Assembly (NCBI GenBank): GCA_033764315.1
Contig: JANRJA010000110.1
Location: forward strand, 1 to 16,955
DNA from: Oculatellaceae cyanobacterium bins.114
GTDB lineage: Bacteria > Cyanobacteriota > Cyanobacteriia > Elainellales > Elainellaceae
Direction of reading: 5' to 3'
DNA: 16,955 nucleotides
Positions 16,820 to 16,955 of the stretch are shown piece after piece. Every line of letters begins with the position of its first letter. Positions within the stretch are counted from its first letter, which is position 1. Under the pieces are notes generated by a model. The model was not told the origin of the DNA. It ran no database searches and was given only the letters and a program-made list of their open reading frames with translations. Made by a program: the position numbers and the translations under genes.

Positions 16820-16955
16820 GAACCTATCCGAAAACGTCTCAATGGGTGAGATGCTTTTAAGAAGGATGTTTCAGGGATTAACGAGCGATGTCCTTCACAG
16901 AGATCAACCCTGCCTATCGATTGCCAGATGAGGTATGGGAACGGGTTCATCATGC
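16820..16955 (+). mobile_element. Probable left end of an IS5-family insertion sequence
   Basis: TTA followed by GAACCTATCCGAAAA resembles IS5-type termini, and a transposase-like ORF starts 68 nt later. The right end is outside the window. Confidence 0.55.
16888..16955 (+). CDS. N-terminus of a probable IS5-family transposase (DUF4096-like), partial
   Basis: MSFTEINPAYRLPDEVWERVHH matches the LxDxxWxxI pattern that opens IS5/IS427-group transposases. Only 22 codons are visible. Confidence 0.55.
   Translation, partial: MSFTEINPAYRLPDEVWERVHH

Noticed and set aside
16649-16953. ORFs 16649-16849 (+) and 16681-16953 (-)
   Set aside because: They run through the MITE and IS end. MRENYLSEIHLYNSSL could be an interrupted gene start, but nothing supports that.

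Overview
Bacterial window, almost certainly from a cyanobacterium. I count about 25 perfect HIP1 octamers (GCGATCGC), there is a cyanobacteriochrome GAF domain, and the intergenic repeats are typical of the group. From left to right: a damaged UPF0175/DUF3368 toxin-antitoxin-like pair cut by a MITE-like element; an intact 81-bp MITE with an 8-bp target duplication; small membrane and hypothetical genes (DUF6174-like, RemA/DUF370-like, a lipoprotein, DUF1622); a TMEM175 K+ channel coupled to an SDR gene; an NfsA-type nitroreductase; an AI-2E transporter; a glycine-zipper protein; an intergenic mosaic of REP/MITE-like repeats; a membrane-anchored PAS-PAS-PAS-GAF(DXCF cyanobacteriochrome)-HisKA_2 kinase followed by a REC-PAS-HisKA hybrid kinase; a kefG/F-kefB/C K+ efflux pair; a small stand-alone protein resembling the C-terminal domain of the archaeo-eukaryotic primase large subunit (PriL-CTD/PriX); and a MITE abutting the start of an IS5-like element. 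The most novel candidates are the PriL-CTD-like protein, the RemA-like protein and the light-sensing kinase cascade next to K+ efflux and redox genes. All family calls come from motif recognition by eye, not from database searches.
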